DNA of 64,000 bases from Eledone cirrhosa. Lineage: Eukaryota. The position numbers and the translations under genes are program-made. The stretch is taken from assembly GCA_964016885.1 (NCBI GenBank), contig OZ024741.1:333312001-333376000 (forward strand), read 5' to 3'. Positions 1-12,061 of the stretch are shown piece after piece. How positions within the stretch are numbered: the first letter of the stretch is position 1; each line of letters begins with the position of its first letter. The notes beneath the pieces were generated by a model. It made no database searches, was not told where the DNA came from, and saw only the letters and a list, made by a program, of their open reading frames with translations.

Positions 1-170
1 ACCTTTGCCCTTTGACAGGTTTTGTTTTTAGTCCTGCAGGATGTCCAAAGTCACCCTCCTCACCAAGAAACCTTGGTGGGGTTGCCAGTTTTGTCGCCAA
101 CCACCAGACCATGAAACAGGTTGTACTGGGATACATGTTACCAGTAGCACCAACTGGTGACCTGACATAA
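1..170 (+). repeat. Interspersed repeat fragment, same family as 52280-52475
   Basis: Colinear similarity to 52310-52475 (ttggtggggttgccagttt ... acaggttgtactggg ... acatgttaccagtagcac ... gtgacc-gacata); both run into TA/TACA microsatellite. Confidence 0.8.
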
Positions 171-304
171 TATATATATGTATACACATATATATACATA
201 TATACATACACATACATATACACATATACACACATATATATATATATACATATATATATATACATACACACACATACATACATATATACATACATATACA
301 CACA

Positions 305-403
<99 letters not shown>

Positions 404-493
404 ATAATAATAGTAATAATATATATATAATAATATATATATATATATATATAGTAATAATAATAAATTTGAAGACTAAAATCTGTTATTTTA

Positions 494-568
<75 letters not shown>

Positions 569-600
569 CATACATACATACATATATATCTATATATATA
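170..600. repeat. Compound (TA)n/(TACA)n microsatellite
   Basis: Directly visible; source of the YIYI ORFs. Confidence 0.95.
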
Positions 601-1073
601 TAAACGGAAAAAATGAAACGAAATTTCATTTCTCACTCTTAGTACGGCTGTTACTTACATATAAGTATGTATACGTACATACATATATGTATACAAACGT
701 ACAGTAGTATGTATACATATATACATACATGCACACATATATATGTACGTATGGATGCACCGAACATTTATGATAATGCTCGGTGTGTTTGTAAACAAAC
801 ATCCCGAATTAAGCCGTACAGTGTCTAGCAACCATCGTTGCTCATTTGTTCAACACTGACAAAGGAACGCTGTACTAGTTTCAAGCTTATTAGCTATCGT
901 CAGCAACGTATACCTTCCTGCCAGATGGTTGAACGTCTGAAACACACCGAGCATTATAATAAATGTTCGGTGAATCCATACGTACATATATATATGTGTG
1001 CATCTATGTATATATACATATATACTACTGTACGTCTGTATACATATATGTATGTACGTATACATACTTATAT
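601..1073. mobile_element. (TA)n-embedded fold-back element, probable Penelope-like pseudo-LTR remnant
   Basis: Inverted arms ~659-790 and ~940-1073; hammerhead motif in the spacer; (TA)n on both sides. Confidence 0.75.
867..909 (-). ncRNA. Minimal type I hammerhead ribozyme
   Basis: Minus strand ACGTTG-CTGACGA-tAGCTaataAGCTt-GAAA-CTAG-TA-CAGCGT: 6-bp stem I (one G-U), intact CUGANGA and GAAA, palindromic stem III ACTAGT, GUA cleavage triplet; stem II closing pair is U.U. Confidence 0.8.
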
Positions 1074-1076
1074 ATG

Positions 1077-1169
<93 letters not shown>

Positions 1170-1173
<4 letters not shown>

Positions 1174-2119
1174 ATAAACGTGCTGCGGAGTTGCAAATGG
1201 GTTACATATGAATAAAGTGGTCCTTCATCAGTGATCTTCCAACCATCATCGGTATTACTTCGCTTTAAAGACCATATACCTCCGGTTGGTGCGAGCAACG
1301 GCCAAAGAAAGTCGTTGGGACATGTAAATAAAGGGAACAGCGAGAGTGTAAACAAACAAAGAAGGTGAAGCAACGAACAGTGAGGAAGAACGAGTCAAGT
1401 CCCAAATTTCCATGAATATAAGTTCGGTGAAATCGTGAACGAGAGAGACTAAAGACCATCAAACTTGGTTGAAATGTGAGCAAGGAAGGAATTTCGCAAA
1501 GGTCTAACGGGAGGAAGAAGAAATCTAGTCTGTGAATTCGGTAAACATAAGTTCTGTGAAATCGTAGACGAGAGAGAGAAAAAAATGCCAACCGGCCTGG
1601 CCAAGCGTGCGAAAGAAAAGAATTACGCACTCTTCTTCACCCTTCACTCACTCACTCTCTGTTACTACCTCTCCTCCTCCTCCTTCTTCCCGTTTGACCT
1701 GTGCGTAATTCTTTTCTTTCGCACGCTTGGCCAGGCCGGTTGGCATTTTTTTCTCTCTTTTGTCTACGATTTCACAAACTTATGTTTACCGAATTCACGG
1801 ACTAGACCTCTTCTTCCTCCCGTTAGACCTGTGCGAAATTCCTTCCTTGCTCACATTTCAACCAGGTTTGATGGTCTTTATTCTCTCTCGTTCACGATTT
1901 CACCGAACTTATATTCATGGAAATTTGGGACTTGACTCGTTCTGCCTCACTTTTCGTTGCTTCACCATCTTTGTTTGTTTACACTCTCGCTGTTCCCTTT
2001 ATCTACATGTCCCAACGACTTTCTTTAGCCGTTGCTCGCACCAACCGGAGGTATATGGTCTTTAAAGCGAAGAAATACCGATGATGGTTGGAAGATCACT
2101 GATGAAGAACCACTTTATT
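1170..2119. mobile_element. Large fold-back element in (TA)n
   Basis: Inverted arms 1211-1630 and 1701-2119 with a 70-bp pyrimidine-rich spacer; arm end also found at ~11670-11760. Confidence 0.8.
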
Positions 2120-2191
2120 AAATATATATATATATACATATATATATTTATATACATATACATACATATATACATATACATATATATATAT

Positions 2192-2301
<110 letters not shown>

Positions 2302-2707
2302 TAACCTCGATTAATCTCGATGTCACGTGATTAATTCTTTTGAATTTTCCACTGACCAGGAAGGCAGTGAAATTTTCAATGTCTTGGAATTTAGTCCGCG
2401 CTTGCTTTTTTCCATCCACTGAATTATTTGTGTATAAGTTCCCTGTGTCCGCGTATTGCCAGGAATCTTAGCCGAGAATGTCTCCCTGATGAAGAAAGGA
2501 TTCTTCATGGTCTCCATTTGAAGACTATGTATATCCCCTTTCAGAAACTAATTAGTTGGAGTGAAATTTAAGTAAGTAACTTAATTACTCTAATTTTCTT
2601 ATTTTACGTCTTTTATATAATTGTTCTACAAAGTTACTAAGACAAAACCTATACCTTTGCTAGCGTAAATATACATATGTATAAATATGTTGGTAGATAT
2701 ACTAATT

Positions 2708-2778
<71 letters not shown>

Positions 2779-2790
2779 AATGTGTCTGTC

Positions 2791-3145
2791 GACACCTGGA
2801 ATATAGCTTAAGAGAAATTTGAAGATAATGATATGATAAGCCCCAATATTTTGAACTGTTTTATAGAATTCTCTTGGCCTTTGTCACTCTAAGTAGAACT
2901 TTAAAGAATTAGCTTTTAAAGAATTTCCCTTTTCTTTAAATCCATCAACCATGACCGACCCCCAACAATCTTATAGACACCTGAAATATAGGCATTGTTA
3001 GCTTAAGAGAAACTTAAAAATAAGGAGTGGCACCCCATTCTGAACTTGTTTATAGAATTCTTTCTGCCTTTGTCACTCTAAACATAAATTATAGCTTTAA
3101 AGAATTAGCTTTTAATGAATTCCCTTTCTATCAACCAATGACCTC
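2791..3145 (+). repeat. Diverged tandem duplication of ~185 bp
   Basis: gacacctg-aatatag ... gcttaagagaaa ... gcctttgtcactctaa ... ctttaaagaattagcttttaa occurs at ~2791 and ~2976. Confidence 0.8.
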
Positions 3146-3487
3146 TACCCATTCCACTCCCCACCCTCTCCTACCACATGAAAAGAGCTATAAATACAAC
3201 ATTTATTTTTGAAAGCCAGATTCCTGATGATTTCTAATGAATAAAACAGTTCTAGTCCTGTATAATCTCATCTATATTAAAACTTGTATATATATATATA
3301 TATATATATAATGCTATTTATAGTTATGTATATACTATAAACAACTATAAACAGGAAAGGTCAGTAATTTCCTACTACCTTATTACCAGTAAGAGAAATA
3401 GCTCAATGTAAGAACATCAGTTGTTTTACAGAGCAGGAAAATAAATAAATTAAACAATTATCAAAGTTGTGTTCAAATCATTTAATA

Positions 3488-3532
3488 GCTGACAATCGTT
3501 TCTTCCAAACTTTCGTTGGGAATCATCAGAGC
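3488..3532 (-). ncRNA. Minimal type I hammerhead ribozyme in PLE pseudo-LTR
   Basis: Minus strand GCT-CTGATGA-TTCCcAACgaaaGTTtGGAA-GAAA-CGATTG-TC-AGC: intact core, stem II with GAAA tetraloop, quasi-palindromic stem III ACGATTGT, GUC cleavage triplet. Confidence 0.85.
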
Positions 3533-3770
3533 ATTATCAATGTTTGTACATATAATTAACCTCCTATTCAACTGTACAATAATAAAGATACATATATATT
3601 GATGTTGTGAGCAACAGTTTCGTATTGAGCTATTTCTCTTACTGGTAATAAGGTAGTAGGAAATTACTGACCTTTCCTGTTTATAGTTGTTTATAGTATA
3701 TACATAACTATAAATATTATTATTATTTACTGCTCCATACGGTTGAGCTAACATACATTAAATTACCAGT

Positions 3771-5200
3771 ATGCTTATCAAAGATTACCTTCCTATGTCT
3801 ACTAAGAACATACCTATACCACCTAAAGATACATATGAAAAATTATTGATCAATAGTGTCAACTCTTTTATCAAGAGAGTGAGTTGGAGGACATTTAATT
3901 ACGATAGAAACCGATTAGACAAAAACAGAGATACTAATAACTTCGACACTTACGGCTTTAAAATATTTAAAAGCCCTCCTCACAACCCTCACAACACCTT
4001 ATTAAACTCTTTTGAAAATGATCTGATTAAACTAGTTAAGAACATAAGATACAAAAAATATCGTAATAGAAACAATACCTTCTTAAACTACCTTAACTCC
4101 ACTATTGAAGGATTTAATTTTTTTTAAAAATCCTAGTACATGTAGATAAAACTAATAATATATATAGATTAAATTACGATACTTATAGAAAATTTATATA
4201 TAAGGAACTGCATAGAAGCTACAGGAAAACTACTACTAAAAACCTGGAAGATATAAATATAGAAAGTCGTAGTATAGTGTGCAAATTAGGACTTCAGAGA
4301 CATATACAGCCATACACCCCTAACCGCCCTAGATTCTCTCTGAAGGACCATAAAGAAGACTTTATTAGTAACCCTTCAATAAGACTAATTTGCCCTTCCA
4401 AGTCTGACATTGGTATTATCAGCAAGAAAATATTAGATAGAATCATCCCACAATTTAAGCACAAAATATATCTTAACCAATGGGGAAATACAGGTGAAGT
4501 TATTGAATGGTTCAAGGGTATTAAAGAGAGTAAAATTAAAAAAATTATACAATTTGATATCAATTCATACTACACATCTATTTCCCCTATCCTATTAAAT
4601 AAGGCTTTAATTATGGCCATGAACAATAGTGACCTGACTAGATCCCAAATTGATGTCATACTTGCTGCCCGAAAAACAATAATTACATTTGAAGACCAAT
4701 TGTGAACCCGCAAGGATACGCATAGCAACTTCGATATAACTATGGGATCTAGTGACTCAGCGCAGGTCACTGATTTGGTGGGCCTATATCTACTAAATGA
4801 AATTCATAAGAATCTACCCTACCTCAACGGTGGTTTATACCGCGATGATGCACTACTCCTGATAGACTATAAAATATTTAATATAGAAAAAACTAGGAAA
4901 CAATTACACATTTTCAAAAACTTCAACTTAAGAATCACCTTAGATAAAAACACTAAAAACGTTAACTTCCTAGATGCTACCCTTTGCCTAGACTCTAAAA
5001 TTTACACACCCTATCATAAACGTAACGAAAAACTAATTTATGTGAATACCAACTCTAACTACCCTAAATCCATATTAAACTCTATTACTAAAGGAATATC
5101 TAATAGAATCTCTAATCTATCATATAATGAAACCATATTTAACAATACAATACTATAATGAGGCCTTAGCTAAATCAGGACATAAGAACGGAATTGAATT
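3771..5200 (+). pseudogene. PLE reverse transcriptase, disrupted by frameshifts and stops
   Basis: Motifs STKNIPIP, FIKRVSW, LKDHKEDF..NP..RLI.PSKSDIG.ISK.ILDRI, LNQW.NT..VI.WF, QFDINSYYTSI, FDITMGS.DSAQVTDLVGLYLL, GLYRDD, VNFLDATL, SNYP, spread over ORFs 3771, 4277, 4742 and 5127. Confidence 0.9.
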
Positions 5201-5605
5201 CCTAATTATAAAATCACATAGTTACAACATTATTTCTCATAATATGGCCATGAGGAAAAATAATAAAGGCACTAGCCACTATAACTCTAAGACGAAGGGT
5301 AATAACGATTGTCAGCTATTAAATGATTTGAACACAATTTTGATAATTGTCTAATTTATTTTTACACACACACACACACACATTTATATATAAATACACA
5401 CAATGGTAAGGTTGATGCTGAGGATCACAATGATGATATGTATCCAGCAGTGTGTGTCACCGCTTCCTCCGCTCTTCTCTTCCCTTTCCTCCAACCCATT
5501 GCTCTTCCTTGTCACTTTTGCTTGCTGCCACTTCTGCAGCGCCAGGGCATTTGTTGTCCTCTCTAGCAGTGACTGTCTGTCGATCTAATTTGTTTGTTTT
5601 ATCAT

Positions 5606-6686
<1,081 letters not shown>

Positions 6687-7404
6687 GTATATATAGATAT
6701 TGTTGAGATTTGAATGAGAAATGTTTTTGGCACCACATGTTCACCGTCTCTCGGTGTGTCTTTTATGCATGTATAAATATATGTTATCTATACGGTGAAA
6801 TCTTTGAAATAAATATATGTTAAAACGAAAAAGGAGAAAAAGAGATTAGTGACGGAAATATAAACGTTATGATACATAAACGTGATGATATAACGATGGA
6901 AATATATAAACGTTTACGATAAAACGATGGAAATAGAAACGTTTATATATAATAAGCCGAAACACTCGTAAGCCGAAACATTCGTAAGTCGAAACACTCG
7001 TAAAGCGAAACGTATAAATAAAGATTAATGTAATGAATTTGAAAAGCATAGAGATTTTAAACCGCGTCTATTTGTTTCCTTGGCATTTTTTACAGACGGA
7101 CAGACGAACAAACAAACAAACAGAGAAATGCCCATTATATATTATAAGTAGACTTGGCATGGTGTCAAGTCAGAACCGCCTCGAACTGGTTACTTCTGGC
7201 TTGTGCAAGGTGTCTCTATAGCAACCAGCGATTCCCTCGGCCTCAGTGACCAAAGTCAGTGGAGAGGCGAAGGTAATGTTTCTATAGCGACAGTGTTTCT
7301 CTTGGTAGTACCAAAGTGGAGAAAGGAAGGGGAAGGTAATATTTCTGTAGCACCTACATTTGAGTTTTAGGGAAGGACAGACAGACAGACAAACAGAGAA
7401 ATGC

Positions 7405-7415
7405 CCATATATTTC

Positions 7416-7472
<57 letters not shown>

Positions 7473-7498
7473 CACACACAGAAATGTATATATATTTC

Positions 7499-7555
<57 letters not shown>

Positions 7556-7702
7556 CACACACAGAAATGTATATATATTTCTGTGTGTATATATATATAT
7601 TTCTGTGTGTGTATATATATATATATATTACACACACAGAAATGTATATATATTTCTGTGTGTATATATATATATTACACACACAGAAATGTATATATAT
7701 TT
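7405..7702. repeat. Palindromic minisatellite array (atttctgtgtgtg..(TA)n..ttacacacacagaaatg)
   Basis: Alternating direct and inverted copies of the same ~15-bp motif separated by (TA)n. Confidence 0.85.
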
Positions 7703-7822
7703 CTTAGAACAAAATTATTATTAATGTTTTGCTGTTCATAACAATTGGAATTGAAAAATTACTTTTGAAATTATTAGTTATTTTACTAATGCTTAGATAT
7801 GTAAAAATGAAGCAATGTTTCT

Positions 7823-8015
7823 AATAATTGTCTCTACTTTTGGCACAAGGCCAGCAATTACCCAGTACATTACTGGTACTTTATTTTATCGACCCCGTGA
7901 GGACGAAAGGCAAAGTTAACCTCGGCGGTATTTGAACTCAGACCGCAAAGGGACGTAACTCCATACTATGAAGCATGGTGTCCGACTCTCTACAGATTCT
8001 GCCAATCCACCGCCC
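7823..8015 (-). mobile_element. tRNA-derived SINE (octopus-type family)
   Basis: A box tggcagaatc, B box gagttcaaatacc, central ctttgcctttcgtcctcacggggtcgataaaataaagtaccag, tail ggccttgtgccaaaagtagagacaattatt; homologous to 61961-62153. Confidence 0.85.
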
Positions 8016-8893
8016 TAATGTCTGTACGTAATGAGGGAGTGAGAGGGGAGAGAAAGAAAGGCAGAGGTGAAGTGACGAAGTGACTCTCTCCTCCTCCTCC
8101 TCCATCTCCCCATTCGTCACAGTGATAGAGGGGAGGAATGTTAGTGTGTTACAAAGAGAAAGAGTGAGAGTGAGAGAAACAGACAGACTAAAAGAGAGGG
8201 ATAGCTGGAGAGAGAGAGAGAGAGAGATAGCAACCACGCGCGCACATGTTTCCACTGTCGGACAGACAGACAGACAGAGAAATTGCTAGTTATATATTAT
8301 AAGGAGATATATCATACCAGCAGAAATATTTAATTTTACTGTTGCATGAGCCGGCAATTTTATGTGGTCTTCTCAAATTAAATTGTGCAAAACCACAGCC
8401 GGTCTGTGAGCTGAAGAGGTTAAAAGATGTGCGTGTGTGATCTTGTCTCATTCATTTTCTGCCTTTCCTTCTAGCCACTGATTTCTGTCCTTTGAGGTGA
8501 ATTTTACCCGATGCTGTCATTGGCAGCATTTTTCTGTTTTAACAGCTATTCTTGCGTTGAGTTTTTCTCATTATTCTATGAAGTCTAATACACTTGAGCT
8601 CCAACTCAACGAGAAAACTATATATTCTGGCCTGTTTTCAAAGTCCAGCAATTGCAAGAGCAGGAGGGATCGTCCTGAGAACCAGTTCAATTCGAAATGC
8701 ATCAACGATTGTCCCCCTTGCTTCTGCTGGACACCGCCAGGTGGTGATAGCTGTCGGTGTTTTTGCATAGCTATGGCTTTCTAAATGTTTACTTATATAC
8801 ATACCGATTTTCTTTAGAAATACGAAATTCCAATACATATCAGTATACAGCTATGCTCGAAGCTAAATTCTAATTATATATTTATATATATAT

Positions 8894-9383
8894 AAAGTTA
8901 CAGTACCGTAAAGGAGGATAGAAAGAGAAGCTCTAAAGAGGTGTGATACAGAGTATTACAGGCCAAAAGCGGGTGCATAAGTGCTCGATGCTTGTGTTAT
9001 CAGGGTTAATATTTAGTGTACAAGGATAAGCAGAGCGGTGATAAGCAAAATGATTAATCTAAGAGTTACAAGCCGTTGAAGCATATCTTCATATAGCTCT
9101 TACATATGTCTCGCCCAATGGGGCTCTTCTGAGGCAGTTATAATGGCAAAGTTTTTAATAAAGTACCCTGTATGGGTAGAATCATATTTTAACAATCACC
9201 TTTCATTTTGCTATACTTAAAAATACATTCCAATGTTAAAGTATGATTCTACCCATACAGGGTACTTTATTAAAAACTTTGCCTTTATAACTGCCTCAGA
9301 AGAGCCCCATTGGGCGAGATATATGTAAGAGCTATATAAAGATATGTTTTAACGGCTTGTAACTCTTTCATTAATCATTTTAC
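8894..9383. mobile_element. (TA)n-embedded fold-back, probable PLE pseudo-LTR remnant with degenerate hammerheads
   Basis: Inverted arms ~9047-9194 and ~9234-9381; each arm has CAGAAGA-GCCCcattGGGC-GAGA-(c/t)ATATG-TA-AG. Confidence 0.7.
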
Positions 9384-9793
9384 ATATATATATATATAGA
9401 TAGATAGATAGATAGATAGAATACCACAATACTTGTTAACTAATTAGAAGTTCAGTCTAATAACCAGCATCATTATTTTTGTTGTATTTGATTTTGATTT
9501 TGTTTTGTTTTTCTTCCTCTTAAATGAACAAACTCTAAAGTAGAAAGGAAAGAACCATAAAAATTGTTGGTGCCAAACAACACCAAGACTTCCAATTAGA
9601 ATCTCCATAAAAATCACAACTAAACACATTTAAACTATTCCAATGTCAAGTGGAGACATGGTGAGCTATAGTAAAGGTGTACAGTAGTAATATAGTAATA
9701 GAGAAAGGCAGAGTTGGTATAGCTAATTATCAGATTTAAACAGCACAGTCCCCTTAATAAATGATTTCCCTTTGGAATATTACATTTCTCTCT

Positions 9794-9854
<61 letters not shown>

Positions 9855-9857
<3 letters not shown>

Positions 9858-11367
9858 TCATCATCATCATCATCATCGTTTAACGTCCGTGTTCCACGCT
9901 TGCATGGGTTTGGACGGGGGTTTTCCCACTTGAGGCAAGAGTGATTATCTTGCTCACATAGGACTATCTGGCGGGTTTTCTACAGCTGGATGCCCTTCCT
10001 AACACCAACCACATTTACAGTGTGGGGCTGGGAGGTTTTTACCGTGTTGCCTACACGGCCACATTACAGCGTGGACTGTGTGTTTTTTTGACGTGAGACC
10101 TACACGATCTCATTTGTTTCGGCCTGGATGTTGTGGCACCAACATAACTTTACATTGAAAGGGGCGGTGTGGATGGGGTGGGGGGTGGGGGGTGGGACGG
10201 GGGTGTATTTTGTTAGAGATGCCTACTGACTGTAGTAGGTTTTACTTTGTATTTAGGTAAGGCGGGTCTTCTCTATTACTGAGTACCGCCAAAGGTCTCG
10301 GTCCAGTGACATTGTCTTGGTGAGGTGTAAGTGTGTGAGGTTGGAATTTATCAGCTCGTCCCAGGTTTTTCTGGGTCTGCCTATTCCGTGGCTACCGTCT
10401 ATCTTTATTGCCCTGCACTTTGTTATACAGCTATCGTCCTTCATGCGCATCACGTGACCATACCAACGTAGCCTTCTCTCGAGTAAACAACATCTGATCC
10501 CTCTTATTTCTAATTTTTTCCTTAGTTCGTTTATGCTTTGCCGTTCACATATATTACTATTACACATCCAGCGGAGCATGCAAGCTTCGTTTCTCTCTAG
10601 TCTGCGTATATCCTCTGCACACAATGCCCAGGTCTCACTGCCATGCAACATTGCTGTTCGTATGCAGGCATCGTACAACCTGCCTTTCATTTTTAGGTAG
10701 AAACCTTTAGCGGCTAATAGTGGTGTAAGCTCTCTGAACTTTTTCCATCCAGTTCTGACTCTAGCTACTGTACTTTCAGAGCACCCTCCCCCACTGCTGA
10801 TTTTGTCACCCAGGTAACGGAAGCTGTCCACTATTTCTATAGAACACTCTGCGCAGTTGAAAGAGCTAGTATTTTGTAGGCACTTGCTGCTACTTATTGC
10901 ACCAGAGCACCGGCCACATGTAAAATCTATGTTCTTAGTTAGCTTACCTGTGATCCCACTACATCTTTTATGCACCCATACTTTGCATTTGGGACACAAA
11001 ATGGAGTTTCTACCTACGCCTTTCCTACACACTGAGCATGGCCACTTCCCGGAAGGGACCGCCGCCTTATTTTCTTTCCTACAAACTAGAACTTTAGTCT
11101 TAGCCAGGTTAATTTTAAGGCCTTTTGATTCTAGGCCGTGCTTCCATGTTTGGAATTTCTTCTCTAGCTCGGCCATTGATTCAGCTATGAGTGTTAGGTC
11201 ATCTGCGTATAGGAGTTCCCATGGGCAACCGGTCTTGAACTCCTCTGTTATAGCCTGAAGGGCAATAATAAATAGTAGGGGGCTGAGAACAGAGCCCTGA
11301 TGGACGCCAACTTTTACGCTAAACTCTTCACTATATTCGTTGTTAATTCTAACCTTGCTGACTGTTT
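9855..11367 (-). mobile_element. 5'-truncated RTE-clade LINE with long 3'UTR and (ATG)n tail
   Basis: Open frame from ~11367 to 10253 containing [21 protein letters not shown] and RRLRWYGHVMRM; ~390-bp UTR; tail at 9855-9877. Confidence 0.95.
10253..11176 (-). pseudogene. RTE ORF C-terminal part: RT with internal PHD-type finger plus thumb
   Basis: CSVC-x10-CPKC-x4-H-x2-C-x14-CGRC between GLKINLAKTKVL and IEIVDSFRYLG; 5' end (AP endonuclease) absent. Confidence 0.9.
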
Positions 11368-11428
<61 letters not shown>

Positions 11429-11525
11429 ATATATATATATTTATATCTGTATATATATAAGACTAGGTCACAAATTTTCTCTCTCTTTCACTCTGCACAG
11501 TCTGGGGAGATGGTTATAATTGGAC

Positions 11526-11578
<53 letters not shown>

Positions 11579-11630
11579 ATACTTTGGGAGGGTCATGTTG
11601 CCAATAAGAAACACACGTATCAGAAACGAA

Positions 11631-11655
<25 letters not shown>

Positions 11656-11661
<6 letters not shown>

Positions 11662-11758
11662 GGGAAGAAAGGGGAAAACTGCGTGGTTGCACATGGGTTA
11701 CATATTATAAAATTAGTCCCTCATCAGTGATTTGCCAACCATCATTGGTATTTCATCG

Positions 11759-11760
<2 letters not shown>
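11656..11760. repeat. Short fragment of the 1170-1265 fold-back terminus, in (TA)n
   Basis: gttgca-atgggttacata ... tcatcagtgat ... ccaaccatcat-ggtatt shared with 1190-1260. Confidence 0.75.
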
Positions 11761-11846
<86 letters not shown>

Positions 11847-11910
11847 TAAAACATGTCTATAGAATCACCAGATAGAATATATACCATTTCCTCTCCCAAT
11901 TAGCATAATA

Positions 11911-11942
<32 letters not shown>

Positions 11943-12061
11943 CATATATATATATACATATATATATACATACATAAATATATACATACATATATATATA
12001 TATATAGACATATATATATACATACATAAATATATACATACATATATATATATATACATAT

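Larger units (their letters stand above)
3315..5362 (+). mobile_element. Penelope-like retroelement (Naiad-type RT) with inverted 5' pseudo-LTR
   Basis: 3315-3407 is the reverse complement of 3624-3716; 3440-3500 is the reverse complement of 5307-5362; hammerhead in the inverted part; PLE RT downstream; flanked by (TA)n and (CA)n. Confidence 0.85.

Noticed and set aside
28-636. [12 protein letters not shown] ORFs here and throughout the window
   Set aside because: Translations of (TA)n, (CA)n and (TACA)n microsatellites, which lack stop codons by composition
1195-1265. CTGATGA on the minus strand (also at 2099 and 11722) as a hammerhead
   Set aside because: No properly placed stem II plus GAAA plus UH could be built
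3222-3262. CTGATGA-tttctaatgaat-AAAA as a hammerhead
   Set aside because: G12 is missing and there is no stem I complement
4703-4705. In-frame TGA in the PLE RT as selenocysteine (reported for some Naiad elements)
   Set aside because: It falls where related RTs usually have Trp (..L-W-x-K..FDxTMG), so TGG>TGA is simpler; the copy also has frameshifts, and no SECIS was identified
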